Source: Armatimonadota bacterium
Lineage (GTDB): Bacteria > Bacteroidota > Ignavibacteria > OLB7
Assembly: GCA_020850315.1 (NCBI GenBank)
Contig: JADZEY010000089.1
Location: forward strand, 1,022 to 65,021
DNA: 64,000 nt
Direction of reading: 5' to 3'
Part shown: positions 19,200-29,668 of the stretch, piece after piece
Numbering within the stretch: the stretch's first letter is position 1
How the letters are laid out: every line of letters starts with the position of its first letter
Notes under the pieces: model-generated
Told to the model about the DNA's origin: nothing
Databases searched by the model: none
Seen by the model: only the letters and a program-made list of their open reading frames with translations
Made by a program: the position numbers and the translations under genes

Positions 19200-19458
19200 A
19201 AGAAAACAGCAGGGGAGGATGCTCCTGTAAAAATTGTACGATGCGGCGGTAGCCGTTTCGTGGCCACCGATAGCCAATAGCGTACCTTTGCACCGTAGAT
19301 ATACTCGGGTGCGTTGAGATTGCGAAATTCGATCCCTGTGGGCCTTGTAGATACTCGGCTTCGCGGGTAGCAATTTCGCAAACTGAAAGCACGTGAGTAT
19401 AAAAGCGGGGAAATCCCGCACGCCGTGCCTGCCCCCAACACCGATTCCCAATTTCCCG

Positions 19459-19962
19459 ATGAAAATCTTCGACGTTCTATTCTTGCTGGTTATCGCTGGG
19501 CTTGGCATCATCTCCCTGTTCGGTGGATGTACACAAAAAATCGGAAGGACGGCCGGGCCGCTGGCAACCGCACCAATCGGTGTGGAACGCGAGATTTGGG
19601 AGCGAATTAACCAGCACCGCCGAACGATGCAGATGCCGGCACTGGAGTACAGCATGGCAATGGCTGAGCAAGCGCAAACTCACTCGGAGCAGATGGGAAG
19701 CGGTGCGGTTCCGTTTGGGCACCAGGGGTTTGATGAACGCGCCGAGGCGATTGCCGAAACCGTGCAATTCAACGGGATTTCCGAAAACGTTGCCTGGTGT
19801 TCCGATACCAAAGCCATTGCCGACACCGCCGTAAAATTGTGGCTTGCCAGCCCAAGCCACCGCAAGAATATCGAAGGCGATTTCACCTTTACCGGGATTG
19901 GTGCCGCGCTGAACCAGCGTGGCGTTTGGTATTTCACACAGATTTTTGCGAAGCAGAGGTAG
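19459..19962 (+). CDS. CAP/SCP/PR-1 domain lipoprotein (YkwD-like)
   Basis: It begins [24 protein letters not shown], a lipoprotein signal with a lipobox Cys. The CAP-domain motifs [15 protein letters not shown] and VWYFTQIF are present. Confidence 0.6.
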   Translation: MKIFDVLFLLVIAGLGIISLFGGCTQKIGRTAGPLATAPIGVEREIWERINQHRRTMQMPALEYSMAMAEQAQTHSEQMGSGAVPFGHQGFDERAEAIAETVQFNGISENVAWCSDTKAIADTAVKLWLASPSHRKNIEGDFTFTGIGAALNQRGVWYFTQIFAKQR

Positions 19963-20041
19963 TATATCCGTTGCCTGATTCGTTATTTGCCACGGCTTTC
20001 CGTTGCACGTCTGCAAACCTTCACATCTTCAAACTCAAACA

Positions 20042-20458
20042 ATGGACTTCGTTTTTACGCTTCACTCGCACACCCGTTGGCTGGTTGCAATCGCTGCGGT
20101 GGTGGCTATCGTGAAACTGGCAATCACCGCGATGCAGGGGAAGGAGTATGGCAAGGGGGATCGCATCGTCACTTCGGCGTTTGTGGGGATGCTGGATCTT
20201 CAGATGGCAATCGGGCTGGTGCTGCTTGTGTGGCGGTTGGTTGCGGGGATGACAATCTCACGGTTTGTCTGGGAGCATTTTGCCACCATGCTGATCGCCA
20301 TTTCGATAGCACACATCATGAACACCCGCGCCCAAACCAAAACCGCGCCAGGTACCCGCGCCCGCGTTATGCTGCTGACATTTTTGGGGGTGGCGGTGCT
20401 GGTCTATGTTGGCATCATGCGGCTGCCACAGGGGGGCTTGCAGTTGTTTATGCCATAG
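20042..20458 (+). CDS. Hypothetical small integral membrane protein
   Basis: It has four predicted hydrophobic helices. The start was trimmed to MDFVFTLHSHTRWLVAIAAVVAIV. Confidence 0.4.
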   Translation: MDFVFTLHSHTRWLVAIAAVVAIVKLAITAMQGKEYGKGDRIVTSAFVGMLDLQMAIGLVLLVWRLVAGMTISRFVWEHFATMLIAISIAHIMNTRAQTKTAPGTRARVMLLTFLGVAVLVYVGIMRLPQGGLQLFMP

Positions 20459-20497
20459 TTGGAATAACAGCCAAGAACACCTTGCGCAGAGTGTGAG

Positions 20498-21124
20498 TTA
20501 ATCAGCCCGAACTGCTCGCATCAACGATTGCGCCCGTTCGGTGATGGCCGTTGGCGAACTGACGCTTCCATCGGGATTGTGCGTTAGCCAGCTTCCCACA
20601 TTCAGGATTGCTGCGCCAGCTTGCAACAGTGGCCGCGCCGTTTGGTCGGTAATCCCACCCGATGGCGCAAACCGGATGTCGGGAAACGGCCCACGGAGTG
20701 CGGCCAGATGCTTCACCGGGTCGGGGAGCATCGGGAAAATCTTCACAAGGTCTGCTCCAGCGTTCCAAGCCGCAACGATTTCCGTGGGGGTGAACGCCCC
20801 GGCCATGCTCACCAATCCATGCAGGGTTGTTCGCTCGATGATGCTCAGATCCAGCATCGGGCTTGCCACAAACGCGGCTCCGGCGGCGGCGGCGGCCTCA
20901 ACATCGGCTACTGTCAAAGCGGTTCCGGCTCCGGCGATCACGTTCGGCAGCTGTGCGATTTCTTTCAGCAACGCGCTGGCGTTTGGGGTTGTCCATGTCA
21001 CCTCAATCACGGAAATTCCGCCGCTCAATATCGCTTCAATGGCCCGCGCAGCATCCCGCTGCGTCTCCATCCGAACAACTGCAATCACGCCGTAGCGAAG
21101 CATCCGGTTCAGTGTAGTTTCCAT
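20498..21124 (-). CDS. eda: 2-dehydro-3-deoxyphosphogluconate (KDPG) / KHG aldolase
   Basis: The Eda family motifs are present: VIAVVRMETQRDAARAIEAILSGGISVIEVTWTTPNA...GAGTALT...VKIFP...PSGGI. The start was trimmed to METTLNRM. Confidence 0.8.
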   Translation of the reverse strand: METTLNRMLRYGVIAVVRMETQRDAARAIEAILSGGISVIEVTWTTPNASALLKEIAQLPNVIAGAGTALTVADVEAAAAAGAAFVASPMLDLSIIERTTLHGLVSMAGAFTPTEIVAAWNAGADLVKIFPMLPDPVKHLAALRGPFPDIRFAPSGGITDQTARPLLQAGAAILNVGSWLTHNPDGSVSSPTAITERAQSLMRAVRAD

Positions 21125-21264
21125 GTCGGTTCTGATTGCTAAGTGGTTGTAATCAAATAGTGAAAAGGGAATTTTCCGCGATACCCGCGTTGCTGCCAAC
21201 GGATCACATTGCAGCAGCCGTTGCTTCCGTAAATCTAACGATGCTTACCGTTCACACAGCCTAC

Positions 21265-23679
21265 ATGAAAAATCTTCTTGCCAGCGTACTGTTCCTTGTA
21301 GTTCTATCCGTTGCGGCGCAATCGCAACCGGTGAAATCGTACCACACCACGCTGTTCGGCACCCTTGATCCCGACATCCAGAAGCAGGGAACGTATTCCG
21401 CGCTAACCGGCTACGCTGCCCCCGATGGCCGCGAGTACGCATTGCTGGGGGGCTTCACCGGAACCTACGTGATTGATGTTACCGATGCACCGCTGAAGCT
21501 GGTCAGCTTCATTCCCGGCCCAACAAGCCTGTGGCGCGAGATGAAAACATGGGGTTCCTACGGCTACGTTGTAAGCGAAGGGGGAAGCGGGTTGCAGATT
21601 ATTGACCTAACGCAGCTTCCGCTGAAAGCTGCATTGCTCCGTGCCGACACCTCAGCCTTCCGAACCGCCCACACAATTTCTGTGGAGGGGAATTATCTGT
21701 ACGTGAACGGAACCAACCCCGAAGCTGGCGCAAACCAGGGGACGCTGATTTTTGACCTTTCGGTGGACGCAACCCGCCCACGGTTAGTTGGGAAGTGGAC
21801 CGGCCGATACGTTCACGATTGCAGCGTCCGAAACGACACCCTGTACGCCGCAGCAATCCTTGATGGCCAGCTTGATATTGTCTATTTGGGAAAAGACCGG
21901 AAAAACCCGGTGCAAATAACCAATGTGAAATATCCCGGCGCAGGAACCCACAACGCCGAAACCACGATTGATGGCCGCTACATCCTGACAAGCGATGAGG
22001 TTGGCAGCACCCCAAAAACATTGAAAGTGTGGGACAGGACTGATATCCAAAACATCAAAAAAGCTGCTGACTGGACTCCTGTTCCCGGGGAGATTATCCA
22101 CAACGTTCATATCAAGGGGAACCATGCGTTTATTGCATGGTACAGCGCAGGAACCCGTGTTGTTGACATCAGCAACCCAACCAACCCGGTGCAGGTTGGT
22201 TACTACGACACCTACCCCGAAGCGGGTGAGTTTTTTGCGGGGAATTGGGGAACGTACCCCTACCTTCCCAGCGGTAAAATCTTAAGCAGCGACATGCAAA
22301 CCGGGCTGCACGTTTTCACGTTCGATGGCGCAACGCCTGGGCGGGTAAGCGGGCGGGTGATTGATGCCCTCACCAACAAGCCAATCCCCTTTGCACGTGT
22401 GGACCTTACCGATCTGAAAATCCGTGTCATCACCGACACGCTTGGGCGGTACACCTTTGCTGGCGCGGCGGATTCCCTGAATTGGTCAGCATCCATCCAA
22501 GATTACTTGCCCCGCTCCGGCAAATTTTACATTGACCCCAAGGGGGCGCAGCACGACATCTACTTATCCAAACTACCGCTGGCCGATCTCACCCTTCGGG
22601 TGGTTGACGACGGGACAAACCAGGCTATTCCCAACTTCGGTTGGCGGCTAACCGAGCGTTCGTTTGCCGAAGGCGTTGCCCCCAACGGATTCCAAACATT
22701 TTCGCTTCCGGCGGACAGCACTTATCAGATGTTTGTTGGGGCGTGGGGCTACCGCACTCAGTTGGTGCAGTTTGGCTCCAAAGGTGGCAACACGCAGGAA
22801 GTGCGGCTGAAGCGGGGATACTACGACAACGCAGAAGTTGATTTGGGATGGAAGATAGAGGACACCGCCGATGATGCAGTTTCTGGAAAGTGGGAGCGGG
22901 GTGTTCCAATCGGGACGGTGGCAGATATTCCACGGCGCGGGGAAACCAAAATCCAACCCGACAGCGACCGCACAGCCCAGCCCGGCGACCATGCTTTCGT
23001 TACCGGAATCACTGGAACGGAAGGGAGCAACATCGGTGCCGCCGACGTTGACAACGGGATCACACGGCTAACCTCGCCAGCATTTGATCTATCCGGTTGG
23101 TACGACCCTCACATCACCGTGAACCTTTGGTACTCGCGTGGTGGAAACGTTCGGGGGATTGATGACACCATGCACGTTCTGCTATCGAACGACAACGGCA
23201 AAACCTGGGCCGTGATTGACAGAATCACCGACTCGGCGGATGCCTGGAAACGCTACGAGTATCAAGTGCAGAAATTTCTGGAACCTACATCGCAGATGCT
23301 ATTTCGGATAGAAGCAAGCGATCTGGGGGAGCCATCGTTAGTGGAAGCAGCAATGGATGAATTTGAGATAGAAGAGCGAGGCGACGCAACTGGGGTTGAT
23401 GAAAAAATGACCGCAAGTGGAATCGCAACCACGCTGCAACCGAACCCATTGGTGGCTGGGCAGGGGAGGGTGATACTGAATCTTGCCAACTCAATCAATC
23501 AGCTTCGCATTGAAGTATTCAATATCACAGGGGAGCGGGTGCTACAACTGCATGATGGCGCAGCCGCATCGGGTATCTTGAGCCTTCCGATTGATGCCAC
23601 ATCGGTAGCAGCAGGAAATTACCAATTGACCATCACTGCCGACGGGAACGTGTGGAGTAGGGAAGTGGTGGTACGGTAG
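21265..23679 (+). CDS. Secreted LVIVD-repeat beta-propeller protein with a carboxypeptidase-regulatory-like domain and a C-terminal Por/T9SS sorting domain
   Basis: It has a signal peptide (MKNLLASVLFLVVLSVAAQSQ) and a CarbopepD_reg-like segment (GRVSGRVIDALTNKPIPFARVDL). The last ~80 aa (LQPNPLVAGQ...LRIEVFNITGERV...AAGNYQLTITADG...) match the T9SS C-terminal-domain pattern. Confidence 0.7.
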   Translation: MKNLLASVLFLVVLSVAAQSQPVKSYHTTLFGTLDPDIQKQGTYSALTGYAAPDGREYALLGGFTGTYVIDVTDAPLKLVSFIPGPTSLWREMKTWGSYGYVVSEGGSGLQIIDLTQLPLKAALLRADTSAFRTAHTISVEGNYLYVNGTNPEAGANQGTLIFDLSVDATRPRLVGKWTGRYVHDCSVRNDTLYAAAILDGQLDIVYLGKDRKNPVQITNVKYPGAGTHNAETTIDGRYILTSDEVGSTPKTLKVWDRTDIQNIKKAADWTPVPGEIIHNVHIKGNHAFIAWYSAGTRVVDISNPTNPVQVGYYDTYPEAGEFFAGNWGTYPYLPSGKILSSDMQTGLHVFTFDGATPGRVSGRVIDALTNKPIPFARVDLTDLKIRVITDTLGRYTFAGAADSLNWSASIQDYLPRSGKFYIDPKGAQHDIYLSKLPLADLTLRVVDDGTNQAIPNFGWRLTERSFAEGVAPNGFQTFSLPADSTYQMFVGAWGYRTQLVQFGSKGGNTQEVRLKRGYYDNAEVDLGWKIEDTADDAVSGKWERGVPIGTVADIPRRGETKIQPDSDRTAQPGDHAFVTGITGTEGSNIGAADVDNGITRLTSPAFDLSGWYDPHITVNLWYSRGGNVRGIDDTMHVLLSNDNGKTWAVIDRITDSADAWKRYEYQVQKFLEPTSQMLFRIEASDLGEPSLVEAAMDEFEIEERGDATGVDEKMTASGIATTLQPNPLVAGQGRVILNLANSINQLRIEVFNITGERVLQLHDGAAASGILSLPIDATSVAAGNYQLTITADGNVWSREVVVR

Positions 23680-23874
23680 CGTGGGGGGGGGGAGGAGTCA
23701 GCTGGAAACCCTAATAACAATGAAGTATAAAACCCAGAATTATCTGCATATCGAATAGCTTCAAAAAAATGGAGGGATTTAATCTGTATAGATTTTTAGG
23801 AAGGATATGCACATCCTCAGCACCACTGCAATCACCAAGCTCCAACATGGTGTTGCGTAAGGTGATTCACTCAT

Positions 23875-24591
23875 CTAATCAAACAAATTCGCTGCCTTCA
23901 ATAACGCTGTTTGGTCAATTATTCGGATTTTTCGGCCAACGAAATCAATGCTCCCTTCTTGCCGGAAGTCGCTTAAAATTCGGATAGTGGATTCCGTTGC
24001 CGAGCCGATGATGTTGGCAAGCTCCTCGCGCGTGATCACCACGTTCAATGTCTGATTATCGGGCTTTAAGCCGTAGGTATCTTTCAGCAGCAGCAGTGCT
24101 TCGGCAAGGCGTTCTTTTGCTGGTTTCTGAGCCATGTCAACAATGCGGTTTTCGGCATGGCGTAGTTCCTCCGAAAGCAGTTTAATCACCCGCATCGAGA
24201 AATTTTGGTTTGCTGTCAGAAGCGAAAGGAAGACCGATTTAGGGATGTAGCAAAGGATGGAGTCCTCCATCGGTACCGCAAATGCCGAGTATGTTTCCCC
24301 GCTAAGAAGCGAGCGGTAGCCGATTAAGTCGCCGGCCTTTGCCAAGCGAACAATCTGCTCCTTGTCATCCTTCCCATGTTTGTACAGTTTCACTTTCCCA
24401 CGCTGTAAGCAGTAGAGACCGTTTGGGCTATCGCCAGCAAAGAAGATGATCTGCCCTTTTCGATAATGCTTGCAAACTTTGGTTTCCGAGATTGACTCAA
24501 CCTGGTTTGCAGTAAGATCGGCGAAGATAGAAATGCCCTTGGCAATGCATTGGTCGCATTCAGGAATGGGAGTTTTGACAATTTTCAGCAT
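23875..24591 (-). CDS. Crp/Fnr-family transcriptional regulator
   Basis: It has a cNMP-binding-like domain and a C-terminal HTH (TREELANIIGSATESTIRILSDFRQEG). The N-terminal Cys cluster (PECDQC...C) suggests an FNR-like redox sensor. Confidence 0.8.
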   Translation of the reverse strand: MLKIVKTPIPECDQCIAKGISIFADLTANQVESISETKVCKHYRKGQIIFFAGDSPNGLYCLQRGKVKLYKHGKDDKEQIVRLAKAGDLIGYRSLLSGETYSAFAVPMEDSILCYIPKSVFLSLLTANQNFSMRVIKLLSEELRHAENRIVDMAQKPAKERLAEALLLLKDTYGLKPDNQTLNVVITREELANIIGSATESTIRILSDFRQEGSIDFVGRKIRIIDQTALLKAANLFD

Positions 24592-24677
24592 GGCGCATTA
24601 CTTGGTTCGCTGTTACTGAAGGCTGCCTTTTTCGGCAGGACTACCTTCACGCTGTACGTTCAAGGCTGCGATAAAAT

Positions 24678-24717
24678 AACAAACAAAGGTCGGCAATCGC
24701 TGCCGACCTTTGTTTGT
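24678..24717 (-). terminator. Rho-independent terminator of glnA
   Basis: A 17-bp perfect stem, AACAAACAAAGGTCGGCA-atcgc-TGCCGACCTTTGTTTGT, is followed on the minus strand by TATTTTAT. It lies 77 bp 3' of the glnA stop. Confidence 0.7.
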
Positions 24718-24794
24718 GTTTGTGCGTTTGTGATTTTTTTCTGCGAAGTCTTTGGAGAGGAATGGGTTGCCTCCCCCAAAAACATCACATCCGT

Positions 24795-26135
24795 TTAGTG
24801 GATTTCCAGATAGCGTTCCAGCTCCCACTGCGAAACCGCAATCCGATACTGATCCCACTCCTGCATTTTGGCTTGGTAGAATTTCTTGAACGTGAACTCA
24901 CCCAATGCCCCGCGGACCACATCGTTTGCGGCCAATGCCTCAAGTGCATCCTTCAAATTTGCGGCCACTGCGCCAATTCCCCGCTCCTGAACCTCTTCCT
25001 TTGTCATCTCAAAAATGTCATCTTCCACGGGGGCGGGCGGGGTCATCCCTTTTTCAACGCCGTCAAGTCCGGCGGCCAGCAACACGGCAAAGGCCAGGTA
25101 GGGGTTTGCGGCTGGGTCTGGGCAGCGGATTTCCACGCGAACGGCTTTCTCCCGGCCTGGCGTGTAGCGTGGCACACGGATCAGCACCGAGCGGTTCCGT
25201 TGGCCCCATGCAACGTTCACCGGGGCTTCGTAGCCAACCACCAACCGTTTGTAGCTGTTGACGGTGGGGTTGATAATGGCGTTCAGTGCTTTGATGTGGT
25301 GCATCTGCCCGGCGATAAAGCTGCGTGCAAAGTTGCTGAGTGAGTAAACCCCATCAGCATCGAACATCAGGTTTTGCCCTTCGGTGGTGAACAACGACTG
25401 GTGGACGTGCATCCCCGATCCGTTGATCCCGGCAATCGGCTTTGGCATGAACGTGGCGTGCAGCCCGTGGCGTTGGGCAATGGACTTGAAGGCATACCGC
25501 AGCGTCACCGAAGCATCGGCCCCGGCAAGCGCGTCGCAGTAGCGGAAGTCAATCTCATGCTGGCCAATGGCAACCTCGTGGTGAAGTGCCTCAACATCAA
25601 TCCCAAATTCTTGCAGCGATACCGTCATCTCCTGCCGAATCTCGGCGGCAGCATCCGTTGTTTGGTCGAAATATCCCCCTTCGTCGTGGGGAAGTGCTGT
25701 CAGCTTCCCATTCTCCTTTTTGAACAAGAAGAATTCCAATTCCGGCCCAACGTTGAAAACATAGCCCATCTGCTTTGCCCGCTCAAGCTGGCGTTTCAGG
25801 ATGAAGCGCGGGTCCCCCTCGAACGGTGAACCATCTGGCATGTACACGTCGCAGATGATGCGGGCAAGGGTTCCGCTGGGTGAGTTCTTGGTCCACGGGA
25901 TCACGGCGAACGTGTCCAGATCAAGCTTCAAAAACATGTCGCTTTCGTGGATTCGGGCGAATCCTTCAATCGAGCTGCCATCGAACCAGACGTTGTTATC
26001 AATGGCTTCTTCTAACTTCCAAACGGGGATTGTGACGGCTTTCAGCACGCCGACAATATCGGTGAACTGAAGGTTCACAAACTGCACGTTTCGCTCGCGT
26101 GCCAGTTCCAACACCTGCTGTTTGGTGATTCCCAT
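24795..26135 (-). CDS. glnA: Glutamine synthetase type I
   Basis: The GS-I motifs are present: FDGSSIEGF, the ATP-binding region KPIAGINGSGMHVHQSL, and NPYLAFAVLLAAGLDG. The start was trimmed to MGITKQQVLELARE, which leaves a 67-bp gap after the upstream lrp gene. Confidence 0.9.
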   Translation of the reverse strand: MGITKQQVLELARERNVQFVNLQFTDIVGVLKAVTIPVWKLEEAIDNNVWFDGSSIEGFARIHESDMFLKLDLDTFAVIPWTKNSPSGTLARIICDVYMPDGSPFEGDPRFILKRQLERAKQMGYVFNVGPELEFFLFKKENGKLTALPHDEGGYFDQTTDAAAEIRQEMTVSLQEFGIDVEALHHEVAIGQHEIDFRYCDALAGADASVTLRYAFKSIAQRHGLHATFMPKPIAGINGSGMHVHQSLFTTEGQNLMFDADGVYSLSNFARSFIAGQMHHIKALNAIINPTVNSYKRLVVGYEAPVNVAWGQRNRSVLIRVPRYTPGREKAVRVEIRCPDPAANPYLAFAVLLAAGLDGVEKGMTPPAPVEDDIFEMTKEEVQERGIGAVAANLKDALEALAANDVVRGALGEFTFKKFYQAKMQEWDQYRIAVSQWELERYLEIH

Positions 26136-26202
26136 TGTGTGTGATGCTCCGTTGATTGGGTTTGAATTTGTATTGCCGGACGAACCGTCTTCGGTTGTTT
26201 CT

Positions 26203-26727
26203 CTAAGTTTGTGCCGCTTTTGTTCCCCGCTCACGCCGCCCTTCGCTCACAACCTCGTCGGCGTGGGCTAACGGCAGTGTAAGGGTCTCCTTGTTGGTGG
26301 AAAGCACCAGGCTGGTGCGGGTCTTTACCACACCGGGCCAACGCTGAATCTCGGCCAGCAAGGCTTCAAGGGTTGCGGTGTTCTTGGTGCGAATTTTGAT
26401 AAGGTGGCTTCCGTCACCGGTGATTGCGTGGCATTCCATGATCTCCTCGTGGGCCACAGCTTTTTCCAAAAATTTGGGGAAGTGGGTGCTGGAATCCACG
26501 CGAACCTCGATGAACGCTGTGATATCCAACGCAAGGTAGCGCGGGTCAAGCTGGGCATGGAACCCACGAATGACCCCACGGTCTTCCAGTTTCCGTAGCC
26601 GTTCGGCCACCGCAGGTGAGGAAAGCCCAACCTGCTCGGCCAACGCCCCTTGGCTGATCCGTCCGTTCATCTGAAGGATCCGGAGCAACTCAAGGTCAAT
26701 AGTGTCGAGATCGGTGGAAAGGCGCAT
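26203..26727 (-). CDS. Lrp/AsnC-family transcriptional regulator
   Basis: It has the HTH_AsnC N-terminus (LDTIDLELLRILQMNGRISQGALAEQVGLSSPAVAERLRKLEDRGVI) and the RAM/AsnC_trans C-terminal domain. It lies directly upstream of glnA. Confidence 0.85.
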   Translation of the reverse strand: MRLSTDLDTIDLELLRILQMNGRISQGALAEQVGLSSPAVAERLRKLEDRGVIRGFHAQLDPRYLALDITAFIEVRVDSSTHFPKFLEKAVAHEEIMECHAITGDGSHLIKIRTKNTATLEALLAEIQRWPGVVKTRTSLVLSTNKETLTLPLAHADEVVSEGRRERGTKAAQT

Positions 26728-26804
26728 TTGCTTTGATTAATTAAGCAGGTGCGCAAACATACAAAACAAATTTAGGCTGCAATGGGGCAGCGCAAGAAAA
26801 ACTT

Positions 26805-28100
26805 ATGATTGAACGTTACACGCGCCCGCAGATGGGCGCAATCTGGCAGGATCAAAACAAGTACAGCATCTGGCTGGAAATTGAAACCCTTGCGGTGGAG
26901 GCCCAGGCCGAAACTGGCATTATCCCCCGCGAAGCCGCCGAAGCGGTCCGCCAGCGGGGCGCGTTCGATGTTGCGCGGGTGCTGGAAATTGAGGAAACCA
27001 CCAAGCATGACGTGATCGCCTTCCTGACCAACGTTGCCGAGTACGTTGGCGAGCCATCGCGCTACATCCATCTGGGGATGACCAGCAGCGACGTGCTGGA
27101 CACCTGCCTGGCGGTGCAACTGAAACAAGCCGGAGAGCTTCTGTTGGCCGGTCTTGAAGCCCTTCGCGACGTTCTGGCCCGGCGCGCAAAGGAGTTCAAA
27201 CACACCATGATGATTGGCCGCTCGCACGGTATCCACGCCGAACCGATTACCTTCGGGCTGAAACTGGCGTTGTGGCATCAGGAAACAGAACGGAATATCG
27301 AGCGGATGAAACGAGCGATTGAGGTGATTTCCTACGGCCAGATTTCCGGTGCGGTTGGAACCTTCGAGCATCTTAGCCCCCAGGTGGAAGAGTACGTCTG
27401 CCAGCGGTTGGGTCTGAAGCCGGATCCGGTGACAACCCAAGTAATCCAGCGCGACCGCCACGCCGAATACATGGCCACGCTGGGGGTGATTGCTGCAACG
27501 TTAGAGCAGTTCGCAACCGAAATCCGCCACTTGCAGCGGACGGAGGTTCTTGAAGCCGAGGAGTATTTCTCGGCAGGGCAGAAGGGAAGCTCGGCAATGC
27601 CGCACAAGCGGAACCCAATCATCAGCGAGCGCGTCTGCGGAATGGCGCGCATCATCCGCGCAAACGCGCTTGCGGCAATGGAAAACGTTGCCTTGTGGCA
27701 CGAGCGCGACATCAGCCATTCTTCCGTGGAGCGGGTGATCTGCCCCGACAGCACCATCGCCCTTGATTACATCCTGGAGAAGATGACCACTATGATTGAC
27801 CGCCTGCTGGTCTATCCCGAAACCATGATGAAGAATCTGGAGATTACCAGTGGCCTTCACTTCTCCCAAACCATTTTACTGGAGTTAGCAAAACGTGGGG
27901 TTAGCCGTGAGGACGCGTACCAGATAGTCCAGCGGAACGCCATGCAAGTCTGGCAAACGCGCGAGCCATTTGCCGAAGTTCTGAAACGTGATAGCGAGCT
28001 AACCACGCTGATTTCCGCCGAAGAACTTGACAACCTGTGCGACCTGCAAAAATCCATTCGCAATGTTGATTACATCTTCCAGCGGTGCGGGTTGGGATAA
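26805..28100 (+). CDS. purB: Adenylosuccinate lyase
   Basis: The fumarate-lyase signature GSSAMPHKRNP is present. The N-terminus MIERYTRPQMGAIW and the overall length of 431 aa are typical of PurB. Confidence 0.9.
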   Translation: MIERYTRPQMGAIWQDQNKYSIWLEIETLAVEAQAETGIIPREAAEAVRQRGAFDVARVLEIEETTKHDVIAFLTNVAEYVGEPSRYIHLGMTSSDVLDTCLAVQLKQAGELLLAGLEALRDVLARRAKEFKHTMMIGRSHGIHAEPITFGLKLALWHQETERNIERMKRAIEVISYGQISGAVGTFEHLSPQVEEYVCQRLGLKPDPVTTQVIQRDRHAEYMATLGVIAATLEQFATEIRHLQRTEVLEAEEYFSAGQKGSSAMPHKRNPIISERVCGMARIIRANALAAMENVALWHERDISHSSVERVICPDSTIALDYILEKMTTMIDRLLVYPETMMKNLEITSGLHFSQTILLELAKRGVSREDAYQIVQRNAMQVWQTREPFAEVLKRDSELTTLISAEELDNLCDLQKSIRNVDYIFQRCGLG

Positions 28101-29668
28101 GCGGGAATCGGTTGCAGTGCCTTGATATTCCGCCTACTGGACAGAACGATGCAGCCAAGAAATACTTCCTCTTAGATCACCGATTTCCAGCTCCCGTGAT
28201 TATTCCTTCACTTGCCGATTTTCTTCACGTTGCCCAACCAGGTATTCGGGTTCCTGTGGTGGCTCAGTTGCCAGCGGGCACGGCCACACCGTTTCAAGTC
28301 TATCAGGTATTTCGCAACGGGGGGAAGGGGGCGTTGTTGGAGACGGGAAGGGGGGCGGGGCGTTCGGTTGTTGCCGTGGATATTGCAGGGGAATGGACCT
28401 TTTCCGAATCCGACGCGGGCGATCCTTTTAGCCAACTGCGCGCGCTTTGTGCGGCTAATCCTATCGTTCCCAACCCGCTGCTTCGGCGGTTCAACGGCGG
28501 GCTGGTGGGCTGGTTCAGCTACGATCTTTGCCGTACCATCGAGCGGCTCCCTTCGGTTGCTACCGACGACCTCCGGCTTCCCCTGTGCTACTTCCAACTG
28601 GTGGATTCGTTCATCGAGTTCGACCACCAGCGCGGCCTGCTGAACCTTGCCACGCTTCCGCAACTGCACGCTGGCGACATGGCCGAGCAGTACCGGAAGA
28701 TGGTGGGGCGATTGCAGGAAATGATAGACCTTCTTGCCACGCTTTCCGCTACCGACGATCCCCCCGAAGCTCAACCATCGGCCAGTTCGCTCCATGCCGA
28801 TCCACTCAGCTTCGCCCCAACCGTAACACCCGATCGCTTTGCCGAGATTGTCCGCCGCACGCGGGAGTACATTTTCGCTGGCGATATTTTCCAGGCAAAC
28901 CTTAGCGTCCGGTTCCAGCGCAAGTTCCCGTGCGATCCGCTGGAACTGTACGGCCAATTACGCCGGATCAATCCATCGCCCTTCATGGCGTTTATTGAAC
29001 ATGATGATTGCGCAGTGGTGAGTGCTTCCCCCGAACTGCTGCTGCGTGCCAGTGGGCCGGTGATTGAAACGCGACCAATCGCCGGAACCCGCCGCCGCGG
29101 AGCCAACGAAGCCGAAGACGAAGAAAACATTGCCGAGCTGCTTGGCAACGAAAAAGAACGCGCCGAACACCTGATGCTGGTGGACCTTGAGCGGAACGAC
29201 ATTGGCCGCGTTGCACGCTACGGCACGGTGCAGGTGGATGAGCTAATGGCCGTTGAAAAGTATTCCCACGTCATCCACATCGTCTCGAACGTTCGGGGGG
29301 AATTACGCGAAGGGATGGATGCGCTGGATGCCATCCGCGCCTGCTTCCCCGGCGGAACGATTACCGGCGCGCCGAAGGTGAGGTCCATGGAGATTATCGA
29401 GGAGCTTGAGCCAACGCGGCGGGGGATCTACACCGGTTCAATCGGTTGGTTGGGATGGAACGGCGATGCCGAGTTCAACATCGCAATCCGGACGCTGCTG
29501 GTGAAAGGGGGCGTTGCGTACTTGCAGGCGGGCGCCGGAATCGTGGCCGACTCCGTTCCCGAACATGAGTACCGCGAATCGCTTCGCAAAGCCCAGGCCG
29601 CAATGAACGCCGTGGAAACCACGCTGGCGGGTTCGGCACTGGCAGAAAAGGAGGGAGCGGCCAGATGA
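28085..29668 (+). CDS. pabB: Aminodeoxychorismate synthase component I. An anthranilate synthase TrpE-like protein is the alternative.
   Basis: It has the chorismate-binding-enzyme C-terminal region (...GTITGAPKVRSMEIIEELE...GIYTGSIGW...). It is followed by GATase (pabA) and class-IV aminotransferase (pabC) genes. The GTG at 28085 overlaps the purB stop; an alternative TTG lies at 28112. Confidence 0.75.
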   Translation: MRVGISGNRLQCLDIPPTGQNDAAKKYFLLDHRFPAPVIIPSLADFLHVAQPGIRVPVVAQLPAGTATPFQVYQVFRNGGKGALLETGRGAGRSVVAVDIAGEWTFSESDAGDPFSQLRALCAANPIVPNPLLRRFNGGLVGWFSYDLCRTIERLPSVATDDLRLPLCYFQLVDSFIEFDHQRGLLNLATLPQLHAGDMAEQYRKMVGRLQEMIDLLATLSATDDPPEAQPSASSLHADPLSFAPTVTPDRFAEIVRRTREYIFAGDIFQANLSVRFQRKFPCDPLELYGQLRRINPSPFMAFIEHDDCAVVSASPELLLRASGPVIETRPIAGTRRRGANEAEDEENIAELLGNEKERAEHLMLVDLERNDIGRVARYGTVQVDELMAVEKYSHVIHIVSNVRGELREGMDALDAIRACFPGGTITGAPKVRSMEIIEELEPTRRGIYTGSIGWLGWNGDAEFNIAIRTLLVKGGVAYLQAGAGIVADSVPEHEYRESLRKAQAAMNAVETTLAGSALAEKEGAAR

